DNA from: a virus
DNA: 26,981 bases
Strand: one strand, 5' to 3'
Virus record (IMG/VR): IMGVR_UViG_3300045988_122866
Location: 1-26,981 of that record
The notes under the pieces are model-generated. The model was not told where the DNA came from, did not search any database, and was given only the letters and a program-made list of their open reading frames with translations. The position numbers were made by a program, and so were the translations under genes. Of this stretch, positions 1 through 7,708 are shown piece after piece (the first letter of the stretch is position 1; every line of letters starts with the position of its first letter).

Positions 1-54
1 AATTGTAGATTTGTAGATTTCTTAAAAATTGTAGATTTGTAGATTTCTTAAAAA
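1..54. repeat. Tandem direct repeat, 2 x 27 bp (aattgtagatttgtagatttcttaaaa), each unit containing a 9-bp sub-repeat tgtagattt x2
   Basis: Read directly: units 1-27 and 28-54 are identical. The window edge cuts any further copies. Confidence 0.75.
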
Positions 55-124
55 TTGTGAGAGTGTGGTACCGATCGGTTTAACAACCAACAACCACATT
101 TTCCCGTCTCCGATCTTCGAACCT

Positions 125-160
125 AAAAAAAAGAGAGACTTTTTTTAGTCTCTCTTTTTT
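125..160. terminator. Bidirectional intrinsic terminator (stem agagagact/agtctctct, T-rich loop) between an A-run and a T-run
   Basis: Perfect 9-bp inverted repeat just downstream (minus sense) of the stop of CDS 228..605. Confidence 0.7.
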
Positions 161-227
161 CATATTAGGCAATTCTTGGTGAAATTGTCGATTCTTAGGA
201 TGAAAAATATCTCACCCGACACATTGT

Positions 228-605
228 TCACTTATTGATGAAAGTATTCAAAAAATCGGCAATTACATCATCATCAGTTCTCTTGACCTTCTTAACCTTT
301 ACTGGCTCACTCTTGGGAAAAAGCACGTCAAGAAGATCGTTAACCCCGGTCATAAGACCGTAAACCTCAGCAAAGATATTCTCCACATCGGACGCGGTCA
401 ACGCAGAATCCTTGTAGCCATTAAGAGCGGCATATTCGTTAATCCGATCGGCAATTTCCTGCGCGAGCGCGGTCTTCCGATCGGCCTGCTTGGTTTCCTT
501 CTCTACCTGCTTAACTGCATCGTTTAGAGACTTAGCCATTTCGTCCGCAATAGCCTGAGCGTCCTCACCATTTTTCAGACGAGCAATAATATCATTCATA
601 TCCAT
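228..605 (-). CDS. Hypothetical small early protein, mostly helical. Start moved to the internal Met (MDMNDII...) because the track's N-terminal extension runs across the promoter.
   Basis: SD AAGAGG 7 nt before the ATG. Consensus promoter about 637-665: -35 TTGACA, 17 bp, -10 TATAAT on the minus strand. TGA stop. Confidence 0.5.
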   Translation of the reverse strand: MDMNDIIARLKNGEDAQAIADEMAKSLNDAVKQVEKETKQADRKTALAQEIADRINEYAALNGYKDSALTASDVENIFAEVYGLMTGVNDLLDVLFPKSEPVKVKKVKRTDDDVIADFLNTFINK

Positions 606-856
606 ATGAATACCTCTTTTCTTATTTTCTATATATATTATATACTTTTTTTTTAAAAATGTCAAGATTTTTTTGGACGAAAACATACGCGTGAAACAAT
701 GTAAGGGCGAAGCAATTTTTAATTAATCATAAAGGCATATGATCCTACGCGGGCTTAAAAAAGTCTTTTTTTACCATTATAACATATTTTTTATAAAAAG
801 TCAATTTTCGGGATTTTTTTGGGCCATATGGAGAGGTGCTAGAAGTATGAAAAATT

Positions 857-990
857 TTGCATATGGGTATACCGATCGGAAACTCGGGCCGGCACGTCCC
901 GCGACGGCCCGGCCATTATACCACATTTTCCGATCGGTGTCAATAGGTAAAATGCACAAAAAAATCAGCAGGTTTTAGTCAACCTGCTGA
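857..990 (-). promoter_or_regulatory. Leader module copy G: minus promoter (-35 about 938-943, -10 TATAAT about 915-920, TGG-extended), GC hairpin about 885-911 at the transcript 5' end, and a terminator hairpin about 966-989 for gene 999..1409
   Basis: Shares the core aaactcgg-[GC hairpin]-ccatt(t)ata(c)caca...tgtcaatag...A-run-terminator with six other copies. The plus-strand promoter is degenerate here. Confidence 0.6.
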
Positions 991-998
991 TTGAATAT

Positions 999-1409
999 TT
1001 ATGCAAGAAATGCACTTACAATTTCATCGAAAACCGTGGGGTTAATGTCCACGTTAAAAAAGCGGTCATTCTTGCGGAACGCTTTGGGGTATCGTCTAAT
1101 CAGTTCCGCACGCAACGCGCTTTCCGCACCCTCGGCGGGATAGTCCCCGCAAGAACGGATTCGATGAACTTCAACGCGCGTGATAGAATACTTTTTCGAG
1201 TATTCACCGATTTCATCACGCAAACGCCCTACAACATCTTTTGCGGAAGTGCCTACCTTGTTAAATTCAAGTTCGTCGTTGTGGTAAAACTTGAAAAAGT
1301 AAACCGCTTGTTCATTTTTCAGATTCTCGCCACAATTAGGCATAAACTCCATAGAAACGGGCGGTCTACCGTCCTTAAATCGGCGTAGCTTAATAGTAAT
1401 TTCTTCCAT
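999..1409 (-). CDS. Hypothetical protein, possibly GIY-YIG/T5orf172-like (VYFFKF...NKVGTSAKDVVGRLRD). Start at ATG 1409.
   Basis: SD GAGAGGA upstream. TAA stop. The 5' UTR contains the conserved stem-loop also found before the exonuclease gene. Confidence 0.5.
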   Translation of the reverse strand: MEEITIKLRRFKDGRPPVSMEFMPNCGENLKNEQAVYFFKFYHNDELEFNKVGTSAKDVVGRLRDEIGEYSKKYSITRVEVHRIRSCGDYPAEGAESALRAELIRRYPKAFRKNDRFFNVDINPTVFDEIVSAFLA

Positions 1410-1430
1410 TGACACAAAATCCTCTCTATT

Positions 1431-1460
1431 GATTGAGGTTTACCATCGTTCTCTCAACCA
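1431..1460 (-). repeat. Conserved 5'-UTR stem-loop element (GGTTGAGAGAACGATGGTAAACCTCAATC on the minus strand), copy 1
   Basis: About 28 nt identical to 4358-4385. Potential 7-bp stem GGUUGAG/CUCAAUC with a 15-nt loop. Sits in the leader of gene 999..1409. Confidence 0.6.
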
Positions 1461-1481
1461 TTATTTTTTGCACTTTTTTGC

Positions 1482-1517
1482 TTGTTTTTGGGTGAAAAAC
1501 CGCATTTTTCAGCGGTT
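1482..1517. terminator. Perfect 14-bp inverted repeat GGGTGAAAAACCGC-N8-GCGGTTTTTCACCC downstream of gene 1533..1940
   Basis: Read directly. T-rich on the plus side. Confidence 0.6.
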
Positions 1518-1532
1518 TTTCACCCTTTTTCA

Positions 1533-1940
1533 TCAATTTTTGGGCTTTCGCTTCTGAATCAGGGTCAATTCGTAGTCATTTTCGCCCACATGAAACGCAA
1601 TCATGCGCTCAATGTTCGTGATTTCCACATTTTCGCACGCATTTTCGCTGTTTTCACGCAAAAAAGTCGCAAGTTCAGCGATAATCGAGCGTTTTGTGGG
1701 ATTTTCCTTGCGCTGTCGCTTCTCAAATTTATAAGCGGTCGGCGCTTTGCGTGTTCCGGTCTTAGAATACTTGTTAGCTTCTTTGAGCTTTTCCGCGGAC
1801 AGGTCAAAGTCCTTGGCGATTCCATGGTCAATGTCATCATCGTCCATGAGAATTTCTTTTGCTTCCTCGGCAGTACAATCTAACTTTTTCATCAGATTAT
1901 CAATCTTTGCCTGAAAGTCCTTTTCACTCATTTTAGGCAT
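1533..1940 (-). CDS. Hypothetical early protein (135 aa)
   Basis: SD AAAGGGGG. Promoter about 1953-1990 (TTGACA-17-TATAAT, minus). TGA stop. Confidence 0.55.
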   Translation of the reverse strand: MPKMSEKDFQAKIDNLMKKLDCTAEEAKEILMDDDDIDHGIAKDFDLSAEKLKEANKYSKTGTRKAPTAYKFEKRQRKENPTKRSIIAELATFLRENSENACENVEITNIERMIAFHVGENDYELTLIQKRKPKN

Positions 1941-2008
1941 TTCTTTTGCCCCCTTTCAAGTATGATTATAACACCGCCGTCAGCAAATGTCAAGAGAAAT
2001 TTTTGGGA

Positions 2009-2038
2009 GCGCCTAATTTTTTTTAGGCGCTCCCCTTG
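2009..2038. terminator. Hairpin gggagcgccta-N-taggcgctccc with a T-run loop, terminator for gene 2041..2418
   Basis: 11-bp inverted repeat immediately after the stop. Confidence 0.6.
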
Positions 2039-2040
2039 AA

Positions 2041-2418
2041 TCAATGCGCCATGCGGAAGTAGGACTTGCGCTTGTCCACAATCTTTTCCACCTTGTTGGC
2101 GTCAATCATCTGGCGCAGAAGAGCGGAAACGCGCTGGTTGGTGAGGTCGCCCAGACCGTCCACATTCTTGATAAGGTCGGTCACGGTATACAGCTTGTCA
2201 GGATTCGCGGACAGCTCAGCAAAGATAATGTCCTTGTAGCCGTCGTTGGCAATCTGATTCGCGGTCGGCTTCTTATCACCGGCGTTCTTGCGAGACAGCA
2301 GGTCGATTTCGTGATTGATAAACTCAACCATAGCGGGGTCAGCCTGAACCTCGGACAGTTTGAGCAGAGCCTCGAAACGGTCGCGCTTGGTGAGCTTCTT
2401 AACAGTAGAAGTAGACAT
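2041..2418 (-). CDS. Winged-helix DNA-binding protein, paralog 1 (…QRVSALLRQMIDANKVEKIVDKRKSYF…)
   Basis: Paralogous to 4471..4845 with identical RBS context (aaaggaattgatactATG). Promoter about 2462-2490 (TTGACA-17-TGGTATACT). TGA stop. Confidence 0.6.
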   Translation of the reverse strand: MSTSTVKKLTKRDRFEALLKLSEVQADPAMVEFINHEIDLLSRKNAGDKKPTANQIANDGYKDIIFAELSANPDKLYTVTDLIKNVDGLGDLTNQRVSALLRQMIDANKVEKIVDKRKSYFRMAH

Positions 2419-2816
2419 AGTATCAATTCCTTTCTTTGGCGGTAGGTCGCTACCCTTTTGATATTATTGAGTATACCACATTTTAGAGGGCTTGTCAAGA
2501 GGTTTCGCAAACTTTTCACACGAATTACTACCCCGACCTGACGGATAATTTATTGTTTGTTGACTCAATCTATTTGTCAGCAAAAATGCTTCGAGGATAG
2601 TTGGTTCAATCAAACTCACTTTCACGTTCAACGTTTGGCTTTACAACGTGGTGTATTATGTTTTCTTCCTATACTTTCTCAAGGTCGCGCGCCCTCGGAT
2701 TTCTTGGGCTACTCCCTCTTGACATTTTCTATTATAACAGATTGCCCACAGATTGCAATTGACAAAATAACCAAATTACGGGAAAAAATTTTCTTCACTT
2801 TTGTGCAACTTTTCTC

Positions 2817-2963
2817 TTGACAAAATTGGCGGGGCGTGGTATAATGGAAAATTCGGACCGCTGCGTACGCTGGCGGTCCGCCCATTTTATCACAAAAATC
2901 CGCGTTTGTCAATAGTCAAAATAGACAAAAAAAACTGCCCATTTTTGGGCAGTTTTTTATTTT
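2817..2963. promoter_or_regulatory. Leader module copy A with convergent promoters. Plus promoter: TTGACA about 2817-2822, N17, TGGTATAAT about 2840-2845. GC hairpin 2854-2880 (cggaccgc/gcggtccg). Minus promoter: -10 about 2884-2889, -35 about 2907-2912. Bidirectional terminator 2935-2952 (ctgccca/tgggcag) between an A-run and a T-run.
   Basis: Both promoters have exact 17-bp spacing. The hairpin sits at about +1 of both transcripts. The overlapping track ORFs 2557..2820 and 2709..2912 are artefacts. Confidence 0.7.
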
Positions 2964-3192
2964 AGTCCAGCAGGTTAATTTCGCCGGGAATTGCGAAAGA
3001 ATCAGCGTCCAGCGTGGAATTGTAGTCCTCGGTAAAGAGTTCAATCATTCCACACTCCATGACGTAATTCTGAACCGACCGCCGAACGTTGTTCCAAAGG
3101 TCAGTTTTTCGGCTTTCCGCGCGGGCTTCCTGTATCTGGATAATGAGTTCGTCCAGTTTCTCGGCGGTCATGTAATTAAAATCCAAATCCAT
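2962..3192 (-). CDS. Hypothetical small protein (start at ATG, M3 of the track ORF)
   Basis: SD AAGGGGGAG. TAA stop. Closely follows CDS 3195..3473 as a two-gene unit. Confidence 0.5.
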   Translation of the reverse strand: MDLDFNYMTAEKLDELIIQIQEARAESRKTDLWNNVRRSVQNYVMECGMIELFTEDYNSTLDADSFAIPGEINLLD

Positions 3193-3194
3193 TT

Positions 3195-3473
3195 TCAAAA
3201 CTCCCCCTTAATGGCTTCTTTCCACGCGTCCCAGCCGAATTTTTCCTTGCTATCCAGTTCCTTGCCAATGTCTTTTGCGGTCAGCAGGTCAAGCTCGTCC
3301 GCAATTTCATCTTCAAAGTTTACCCAAGAGTCGTAGGTCTGAATAATGAAAACTTCATCAGCTTCAAAGACGCCACCGCACTCGGCGCAGATAATATAGT
3401 CATGGTCGATTAAAATACCCATGTGAGGGTCATTGTCATCAGGGACTACAAAAAGGACTTGTTTAGCGTTCAT
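3195..3473 (-). CDS. Hypothetical small CxxC-containing protein. Start at the third ATG (MNAKQVLF…).
   Basis: SD AAGAGGTG 7 nt upstream. The first two ATGs lie at or upstream of the predicted transcription start of promoter 3503-3531. TGA stop. Confidence 0.5.
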   Translation of the reverse strand: MNAKQVLFVVPDDNDPHMGILIDHDYIICAECGGVFEADEVFIIQTYDSWVNFEDEIADELDLLTAKDIGKELDSKEKFGWDAWKEAIKGEF

Positions 3474-3502
3474 GTGAAACACCTCTTTCATTTGATACAT
3501 TG

Positions 3503-3541
3503 ATTATACCATAGGGAATAGGACTTGTCAAGCCCTATTCC
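3503..3541 (-). promoter_or_regulatory. Consensus promoter (TTGACA-17-TGGTATAAT) with the -35 inside a 9-bp inverted repeat GGGAATAGG…CCTATTCCC
   Basis: Read directly. The inverted repeat also lies just downstream of the stop of the exonuclease gene. Confidence 0.65.
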
Positions 3542-3551
3542 CCTATTTTTT

Positions 3552-4328
3552 TTAGCTCATGTTTATCATGGGATTTTCCTTAATGTTTCGCATGAGCGCG
3601 CGCTGAAACTCGGTAGGCTTGGGGCGTTCCACCGTGGGAGTTTTGAAAAGGGACTTTTCCATTTCCTTGTGCTGTCGGACACAATAGCGCAGAATCTCAA
3701 CTTCAATGAGAACATCTTCTAATCCTGTGTGGGATTCATCAAAGCTGTCTTCACCGCTGATAAAGCGATAGAGAATTTCTGCGGTGAAACGGAGCTGTCC
3801 GTTCTTGGTCTTGTAGCCATTCTTTTCGCAATAGTCGCGGTAAGTGGGCATTTTGCCCATAACCTGTCGCGCCATTTTCAACGTGTCCCAAACTTCAAGG
3901 CCGTAGGGGAAGAAATAGCGATACTTGCTTTTCGTGTCCCATCTTTGCGCGTTGTTGCAGGCGTTAAGGTCGAACCGCATATTGTGAGCGCAGACAAAAG
4001 AGCAGTTATAACGCTCGACACATTCGCAGAACGCAAGACGAATTTCGTAAAGGTCAGCCATAATGCGAGTGCCGTTTTGAATGTCCTCAATGTAGCGGGG
4101 AATCTTATCGGCATAGTATGTGGACTGCATAAGGTCGCGCTCGTAGCAGAAAATGTCGCGATTCACAAAAGAATGAGTTTCATAAACATTTCCCTTGGAA
4201 TCAATGACCGCCCACCCAAAGTCGTAGGGAAGCACATTTGACATATCCAGCTTATCGCCGTCCTGAATGGTGTTTGCAGTTTCCGTGTCCAGCATAATAC
4301 CGTAGTTCCTGCGCCTATCAATACCCAT
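3552..4328 (-). CDS. DnaQ-like DEDDh 3'-5' exonuclease
   Basis: Motifs MLDTETA (Exo I), CAHNMRFDLN (Exo II) and HTGLEDV (Exo III with His). SD GGAGACG. TAA stop. Confidence 0.75.
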   Translation of the reverse strand: MGIDRRRNYGIMLDTETANTIQDGDKLDMSNVLPYDFGWAVIDSKGNVYETHSFVNRDIFCYERDLMQSTYYADKIPRYIEDIQNGTRIMADLYEIRLAFCECVERYNCSFVCAHNMRFDLNACNNAQRWDTKSKYRYFFPYGLEVWDTLKMARQVMGKMPTYRDYCEKNGYKTKNGQLRFTAEILYRFISGEDSFDESHTGLEDVLIEVEILRYCVRQHKEMEKSLFKTPTVERPKPTEFQRALMRNIKENPMINMS

Positions 4329-4357
4329 TTTATCGTCTCCTATTGGAAAAGTAGATT

Positions 4358-4385
4358 GAGGTTTACCATCGTTCTCTCAACCTCT
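4358..4385 (-). repeat. Conserved 5'-UTR stem-loop element, copy 2, in the leader of the exonuclease gene
   Basis: Near-identical to 1431-1460. Lies between promoter (TTGACA-17-TATACT about 4387-4415) and the SD. Confidence 0.6.
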
Positions 4386-4435
4386 AAATATAGTATAGCA
4401 CTTTGCTATTGGTTTGTCAATAGTTTTTTTGTAGG

Positions 4436-4466
4436 GCAGGGGATTTTTTTTATCCCCTGCCCTTTT
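4436..4466. terminator. Hairpin gggcagggga-T8-tcccctgccc followed by a T-run
   Basis: 10-bp inverted repeat just beyond the stop of gene 4471..4845. Confidence 0.6.
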
Positions 4467-4470
4467 CCCT

Positions 4471-4845
4471 TTACGCGAGGGAGAAGTAGGACTTGCGCTT
4501 GTCAACCGTCTTGACAACCGTGCCTGCATCAATCATCTGACGCAGAAGAGCAGAAACGCGCTGGTTGGAATACTCCGCAAGCTCGGGAACGCCCTTGATG
4601 AGGTCGGTCACCGTATACAGCTTGTCAAGGTTGGCGGTCATCTCGTCCAGAATGACCTGCTTCACGGCGTCATTCTCCATCTGCTTGGCCGTGGGCTTCT
4701 TGTCGCCCGCGTTCTTCTTGGCGAGCAGTTCAATCTCATGCTCGATGAACGCCACCATATCAGGATTTGCCTGAACCTCGCTCATTTTGAGCAGAGCCTC
4801 GAAACGGTCGCGCTTAGTGAGCTTCTTAGTAGTAGAAGTAGCCAT
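4471..4845 (-). CDS. Winged-helix DNA-binding protein, paralog 2. Start at M18 (MATSTTKKLTKRDRF…).
   Basis: N-terminus and RBS match paralog 2041..2418. Promoter about 4880-4915 (TTGACA-18-TATAAT). TAA stop. Confidence 0.6.
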   Translation of the reverse strand: MATSTTKKLTKRDRFEALLKMSEVQANPDMVAFIEHEIELLAKKNAGDKKPTAKQMENDAVKQVILDEMTANLDKLYTVTDLIKGVPELAEYSNQRVSALLRQMIDAGTVVKTVDKRKSYFSLA

Positions 4846-5345
4846 AGTATCAATTCCTTTCTGGTTTTTAAGACTGTCCTTGTCTATGGTAGTCATTATA
4901 TCATAGGCGGGAGTAGGTTGTCAATAGGTTTTTGCAATTTTTTTTAGGGGCGGTCGCGAGGTTTATTACTATACATCTTGTTTATACCTACCTTTATCTA
5001 TACTCTTAAACCAATTCAAAATTTACTAAGCCATTAGTTTTTAAGGCGGTGGACGAGCATCAGAAATCATCTTGTTTTTACCTCTCTCATTTGATGTATT
5101 CATTATACCCTACGTAGAACGGTTTGTCAAGGGGTTTTTCAAACTTTTTTTGAAAGTTTGTTCGGCACGCCACGCTTGGAACATTCCGTCGGATTTTGGT
5201 ATAATGGTCAAAGGAACTGCCTTTCCGCAGGTCTTACTCTTTCCTCCTGACATTATGTAGTATAGCAGATTGGTAATAATTTGTCTATTGATAAAATAAC
5301 CAAATAACGGGAAAAAATAAAATTGAAATTTGTACGAAATTTCTC

Positions 5346-5490
5346 TTGACAAAAATGCTGGCAGGGTGTATAATGGTAAATTCCGGTCGCAACATGCGTT
5401 AGCGACCGGCCAATTTTAGCACATTCAGATGGTTTTGTCAATAGTCAAAGTAAACAAAAAAATCTCCCCATTTTTGGGGAGATTTTCTTT
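5346..5490. promoter_or_regulatory. Leader module copy B. Plus promoter: TTGACA about 5346-5351, N17, TATAAT about 5369-5374. Hairpin 5383-5409 (ccggtcgc/gcgaccgg). Minus promoter: -10 about 5413-5418, -35 about 5436-5441. Terminator 5462-5483 (atctcccc/ggggagat).
   Basis: Same architecture as copy A. The hairpin stem sequence differs but pairing is preserved. Confidence 0.7.
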
Positions 5491-5747
5491 TAGCCAATCA
5501 CATTGACTTCGGTTTTGACAGGCGTTACCATCTTGTCGCGCGAGAACTCGCGAACCTGACCCGTTTCAAGATTCACCGCGTAGCAATACTGCGAACCTCT
5601 CGACCGGACAAACGGCGTGTTGTTGTTGCTGTCAATTTTGAGATACATTCCCATACCGACCCCATTGGAGCGCGGAGTGGTGAACGTGCCACCGCTGAGA
5701 ATGTTGATAATTTGAAGCTGACCCTTAGTGCCAAAATTTACTTTCAT
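5490..5747 (-). CDS. Hypothetical small protein (start at MKVNFGT…)
   Basis: SD AAGAGGGA. TAA stop. Closely follows CDS 5762..6076. Confidence 0.5.
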   Translation of the reverse strand: MKVNFGTKGQLQIINILSGGTFTTPRSNGVGMGMYLKIDSNNNTPFVRSRGSQYCYAVNLETGQVREFSRDKMVTPVKTEVNVIG

Positions 5748-5761
5748 TTTTATTCCCTCTT

Positions 5762-6076
5762 TCAAAATTCTTCTAAAAAGTGAATCGGCTTATGGTTTGG
5801 TCTGAAAAATGCCATTCCCTCGGTATAAAGAGAATTAAACAAATCTGCGGACACTTCAAACCATTCCGTGCCGCTAATGCGATTGCCTAACTCACTTAAA
5901 GTCAGATGACAAGAATTTTCCATGTCTCGACTTCCGGCGCAAGTGCTACGCATTATCGCTTTCGGATTATGGCTATAATAGCTTTTACGACGCTTTGCAA
6001 GGTTTTTAGTGCCGTCAGAATAGCCAACTTTAACCAAATGGCTATTGGTTAAATTATCCATCATCAAATACAGCAT
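5762..6076 (-). CDS. T5orf172/GIY-YIG-like domain protein
   Basis: LVKVGYSDGTKNLAKRRKSY … EWFEVS resembles the T5orf172 (MUG113) signature. SD GAGGT. TGA stop. Confidence 0.5.
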   Translation of the reverse strand: MLYLMMDNLTNSHLVKVGYSDGTKNLAKRRKSYYSHNPKAIMRSTCAGSRDMENSCHLTLSELGNRISGTEWFEVSADLFNSLYTEGMAFFRPNHKPIHFLEEF

Positions 6077-6232
6077 TTTTACCTCACAGCAGATGGGTAT
6101 TAACCCATTCTGCGGTCACAAGTCCGATTTCCTTAGAGACAACCGTTTCATAGCGGTAATTACCGCCATCAGTTCGTCCGGTCACTTTGGCGAGAACGCC
6201 AAGAGTAAGCCAAAAGTAAGGCATCATTTTTA

Positions 6233-6439
6233 TCACCCCTTATTGCCGACCGAGAAGATGGACTGTAAAAGCACGAGAATAATCCAAATTGCGAGTGCCA
6301 ACTTCCACGAAAATACGATGACGAAAGTGCCGATTGCGGTGATACCAAGAGCGGGAAGAAGCCAACAGAGAAGCCAAACCAAACCAGAGGTAAGCAGGAA
6401 CGAAACAGCGAGAGACAGCAGAATCAAAAGAACAATCAT
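6233..6439 (-). CDS. Small membrane protein (two predicted TM helices)
   Basis: Hydrophobic throughout. Promoter with hairpin-embedded -35 at about 6455-6502. TGA stop. Confidence 0.5.
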   Translation of the reverse strand: MIVLLILLSLAVSFLLTSGLVWLLCWLLPALGITAIGTFVIVFSWKLALAIWIILVLLQSIFSVGNKG

Positions 6440-6494
6440 TTTATTTTCCCCTTTTCATTTGATGTATTTATTATACCATTGGAGTAGGGCTTTG

Positions 6495-6995
6495 TCAAGC
6501 CCTTTTCTCCAAAAGTTCCGAAAGTTTTTCGATAATGTTTACTGCGGTCGGGTCAATGGTAGCGCCCAAGTGCCAACCATTCCGAACCTTTTCATTATCG
6601 TCAACCAAGATAGACACGTCATAGCGGTCGCGCACGCTGTCGGCCTTAGTCGCGCCATACTGGACGCCGTGGAAGTGGTCATAGTGGAAGCCCTGTTCTT
6701 CAAGCCACGCGCGTTTTGCTTCACGCACGAGGTTTTTGTATTCCTCGCTCGAATCCTTAGAGAGCCAAGTGATGATATTGATTTCCCAACCCTCGGCGCG
6801 GAGAAGTTCGCAAACCTCATTCAATTCAGCCATGTCGCACATGGGAACGGCAGTTCGATAGGGCTTAGGATTTTCCGAACGGAGAAGCGCAAGCCAATCC
6901 TTGACGCCGTAGAGGTCAGCGATAGTGCCGTCCATATCAAAGTTGATGGAGCGTCGAGTGGCTACAACGTGGGACTTAATGTAAGTGATTTTCAT
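6495..6995 (-). CDS. HAD-superfamily 5'(3')-deoxyribonucleotidase-like protein
   Basis: HAD motif I FDMDGTIADL and motif III-like ILVDDN. The fold family resembles the T5 Dmp / NT5C type. TGA stop overlaps the next promoter's -35. Confidence 0.6.
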   Translation of the reverse strand: MKITYIKSHVVATRRSINFDMDGTIADLYGVKDWLALLRSENPKPYRTAVPMCDMAELNEVCELLRAEGWEINIITWLSKDSSEEYKNLVREAKRAWLEEQGFHYDHFHGVQYGATKADSVRDRYDVSILVDDNEKVRNGWHLGATIDPTAVNIIEKLSELLEKRA

Positions 6996-7064
6996 TGGTA
7001 TTTACCCCTTTCCTTTACTGTATCTGTATTATACCATACGTTTGCGCAGTTGTCAAGAGAAATT

Positions 7065-7358
7065 TTAGCAATTTTTCGTTTTATTTATCCACTCTTTCCA
7101 CTGGTCTTCGGCAAACTTTTTATATTCTTCCTGCCAAAGACCCCGTGCGATGACATCTTTTACCGCGTCATCAATAGAAAGATATTGGTCGAGAAGAACA
7201 AAGTCCTCGCAAAAGAACCGAGTTCGACCAAAGAATTTGCGGTTAGGGCGGATAACTTCATAGACATAGATGAATAAGAAAGCCCCATACTCATCTCCGC
7301 TGTATGCCTTGACCTCAAAGGTTCTTCCCTCATACTCATAAGTTTTCGGTTTACTCAT
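7065..7358 (-). CDS. Hypothetical protein (97 aa)
   Basis: Track ORF with promoter at about 7380-7418. TAA stop. Confidence 0.5.
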   Translation of the reverse strand: MSKPKTYEYEGRTFEVKAYSGDEYGAFLFIYVYEVIRPNRKFFGRTRFFCEDFVLLDQYLSIDDAVKDVIARGLWQEEYKKFAEDQWKEWINKTKNC

Positions 7359-7426
7359 AGCACTTACCTCTTTCCTTTACTATACCCATAGTATATCAGA
7401 TACTTCTGGATTTGTCAAGAGTTTTT

Positions 7427-7558
7427 TTAATTTTCTTCTTCATAATTTTCGTCTTCTTCTTCACAAGGCGCGATGGGGCTTTCACAGTGGCAACAGGCGA
7501 AATCATCATTTTCACCTTTATAATAATAGCCACAATTAAAACTTTCACAAAATGACAT
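7427..7558 (-). CDS. Micro-ORF, about 43 aa, Cys-rich and acidic (MSFCESFNCGYYYKGENDDFACCHCESPIAPCEEEDENYEEEN). Coordinates +/-2.
   Basis: SD TAGGGGGT 8 nt upstream. Follows 7565..7708. Absent from the track because it falls below the size cutoff. Confidence 0.35.
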   Translation of the reverse strand: MSFCESFNCGYYYKGENDDFACCHCESPIAPCEEEDENYEEEN

Positions 7559-7564
7559 ACTATT

Positions 7565-7708
7565 TTACCCCCTAAAAGATAAGAAATTAAGCAAAATCAG
7601 CACAGGAATAGCGTAGACGATATTGAAATAGTCCCACCCGAGACTTTCACAGGAATAAGCAAAAATAAAGCCAAAAACGAGGCCGAAAATGCCGATTAAA
7701 ATAATCAT
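7565..7708 (-). CDS. Small single-pass membrane protein (start M15). ATGA overlap with the upstream stop.
   Basis: SD GAGGAT. The start codon overlaps the TGA of 7705..7968, suggesting translational coupling. Confidence 0.45.
   Translation of the reverse strand: MIILIGIFGLVFGFIFAYSCESLGWDYFNIVYAIPVLILLNFLSFRG

Noticed and set aside
61-125. GGTTCGAAG on the minus strand looked like a tRNA T-arm
   Set aside because: No acceptor or anticodon stems can be built around it. It lies next to a terminator. No tRNA (including a CUA suppressor) could be supported anywhere in the window.
2650-2700. Direct 9-mer repeat GCAATCTGT-gg-GCAATCTGT inside a promoter spacer
   Set aside because: Single occurrence and too short to interpret. 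Noted only as a possible operator.
2557-2912. Track ORFs 2557..2820(+), 2709..2912(-), 5253..5441(-), 8064..8261(+) and 9946..10308(+) look mutually similar
   Set aside because: They overlap the conserved leader modules. The similarity is DNA-level repeat conservation (promoters, hairpins, terminators), not protein coding. They have no SD.
6045-7277. 410-aa plus-strand ORF, the longest in the track
   Set aside because: It is antisense to five well-supported minus-strand genes, each with its own promoter, SD and terminator. It starts at TTG with no RBS and has no recognisable motifs.
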